A stretch of DNA of 64,000 nt from Candidatus Latescibacterota bacterium (lineage in GTDB: Bacteria; Latescibacterota; UBA2968; UBA8231), in contig OY730476.1 in the NCBI GenBank assembly GCA_963422735.1, positions 3,264,001-3,328,000 of the forward strand, in the 5' to 3' direction. Below are positions 63,768 through 64,000 of the stretch, piece by piece (positions within the stretch are counted from its first letter, which is position 1; each line of letters starts with the position of its first letter). The notes under the pieces were generated by a model. It worked only from the letters and a program-made list of their open reading frames with translations. It did not search any database and had not been told where the DNA came from. Both the position numbers and the translations under genes were made by a program.

Positions 63768-63953
63768 GTCGTAGCCTAGGACAGGCCGACTACCGACCCA
63801 TCTGTTCTTGCGCCGAGACGCCGACACCTTGTCCTGCCCGGAGATGCTATCCCGCTCGAACTGAGCGAAGGAGAGCAGGGTGTTTAGCGTGAGTCGGCCC
63901 GTGGAACTGGTGGTATTGAACTATTGCGCGACCCAGATGAAGCCAAGCCCACC
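63768..63953 (-). pseudogene. Large serine recombinase fragment
   Basis: Manual translation gives GFIWVAQ*FNTTSSTGRLTLNTLLSFAQFERDSISGQDKVSASRRKNRWVGSRPVLGYD, with an in-frame TAG at 63921-63923 and a short deletion. Confidence 0.82.
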
Positions 63954-64000
63954 CTTTGTGTGGTCGGCTCGCGGGATATCTACCGGAGCAGGTTAAGAAA

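Overview
This is a GC-rich bacterial chromosomal window with no rRNA, tRNA or CRISPR array. It is mostly housekeeping and catabolic genes: a DtxR/MntR repressor divergent from a TroABCD-type Mn/Zn/Fe ABC operon whose two permeases both carry C-terminal DtxR-like domains; PhyH dioxygenases, enolase-superfamily enzymes and SDRs; a CadI/ArsI-SigZ pair; a frameshifted fbp; His6-type hisA, rsmD, solA, a DmpA/P1 peptidase pair, mutY with an intact Nudix box, DUF368 and an Slt-type transglycosylase; aceEF-lpdA; panB; bioF-(bioH/K)-bioC-bioD-bioA with convergent bioB; nqrA-F plus nqrM; and a complete F1Fo atp operon. The last ~3.8 kb is a decayed, partly AT-richer island. It holds an IS982 remnant, a truncated A24 peptidase, a broken TonB-dependent receptor, a small secreted six-cysteine peptide gene and a large-serine-recombinase remnant. 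The gene mix resembles marine, possibly sponge-associated FCB-group bacteria such as Latescibacterota (inference only). All family calls come from motifs recognised by eye; no searches were run.
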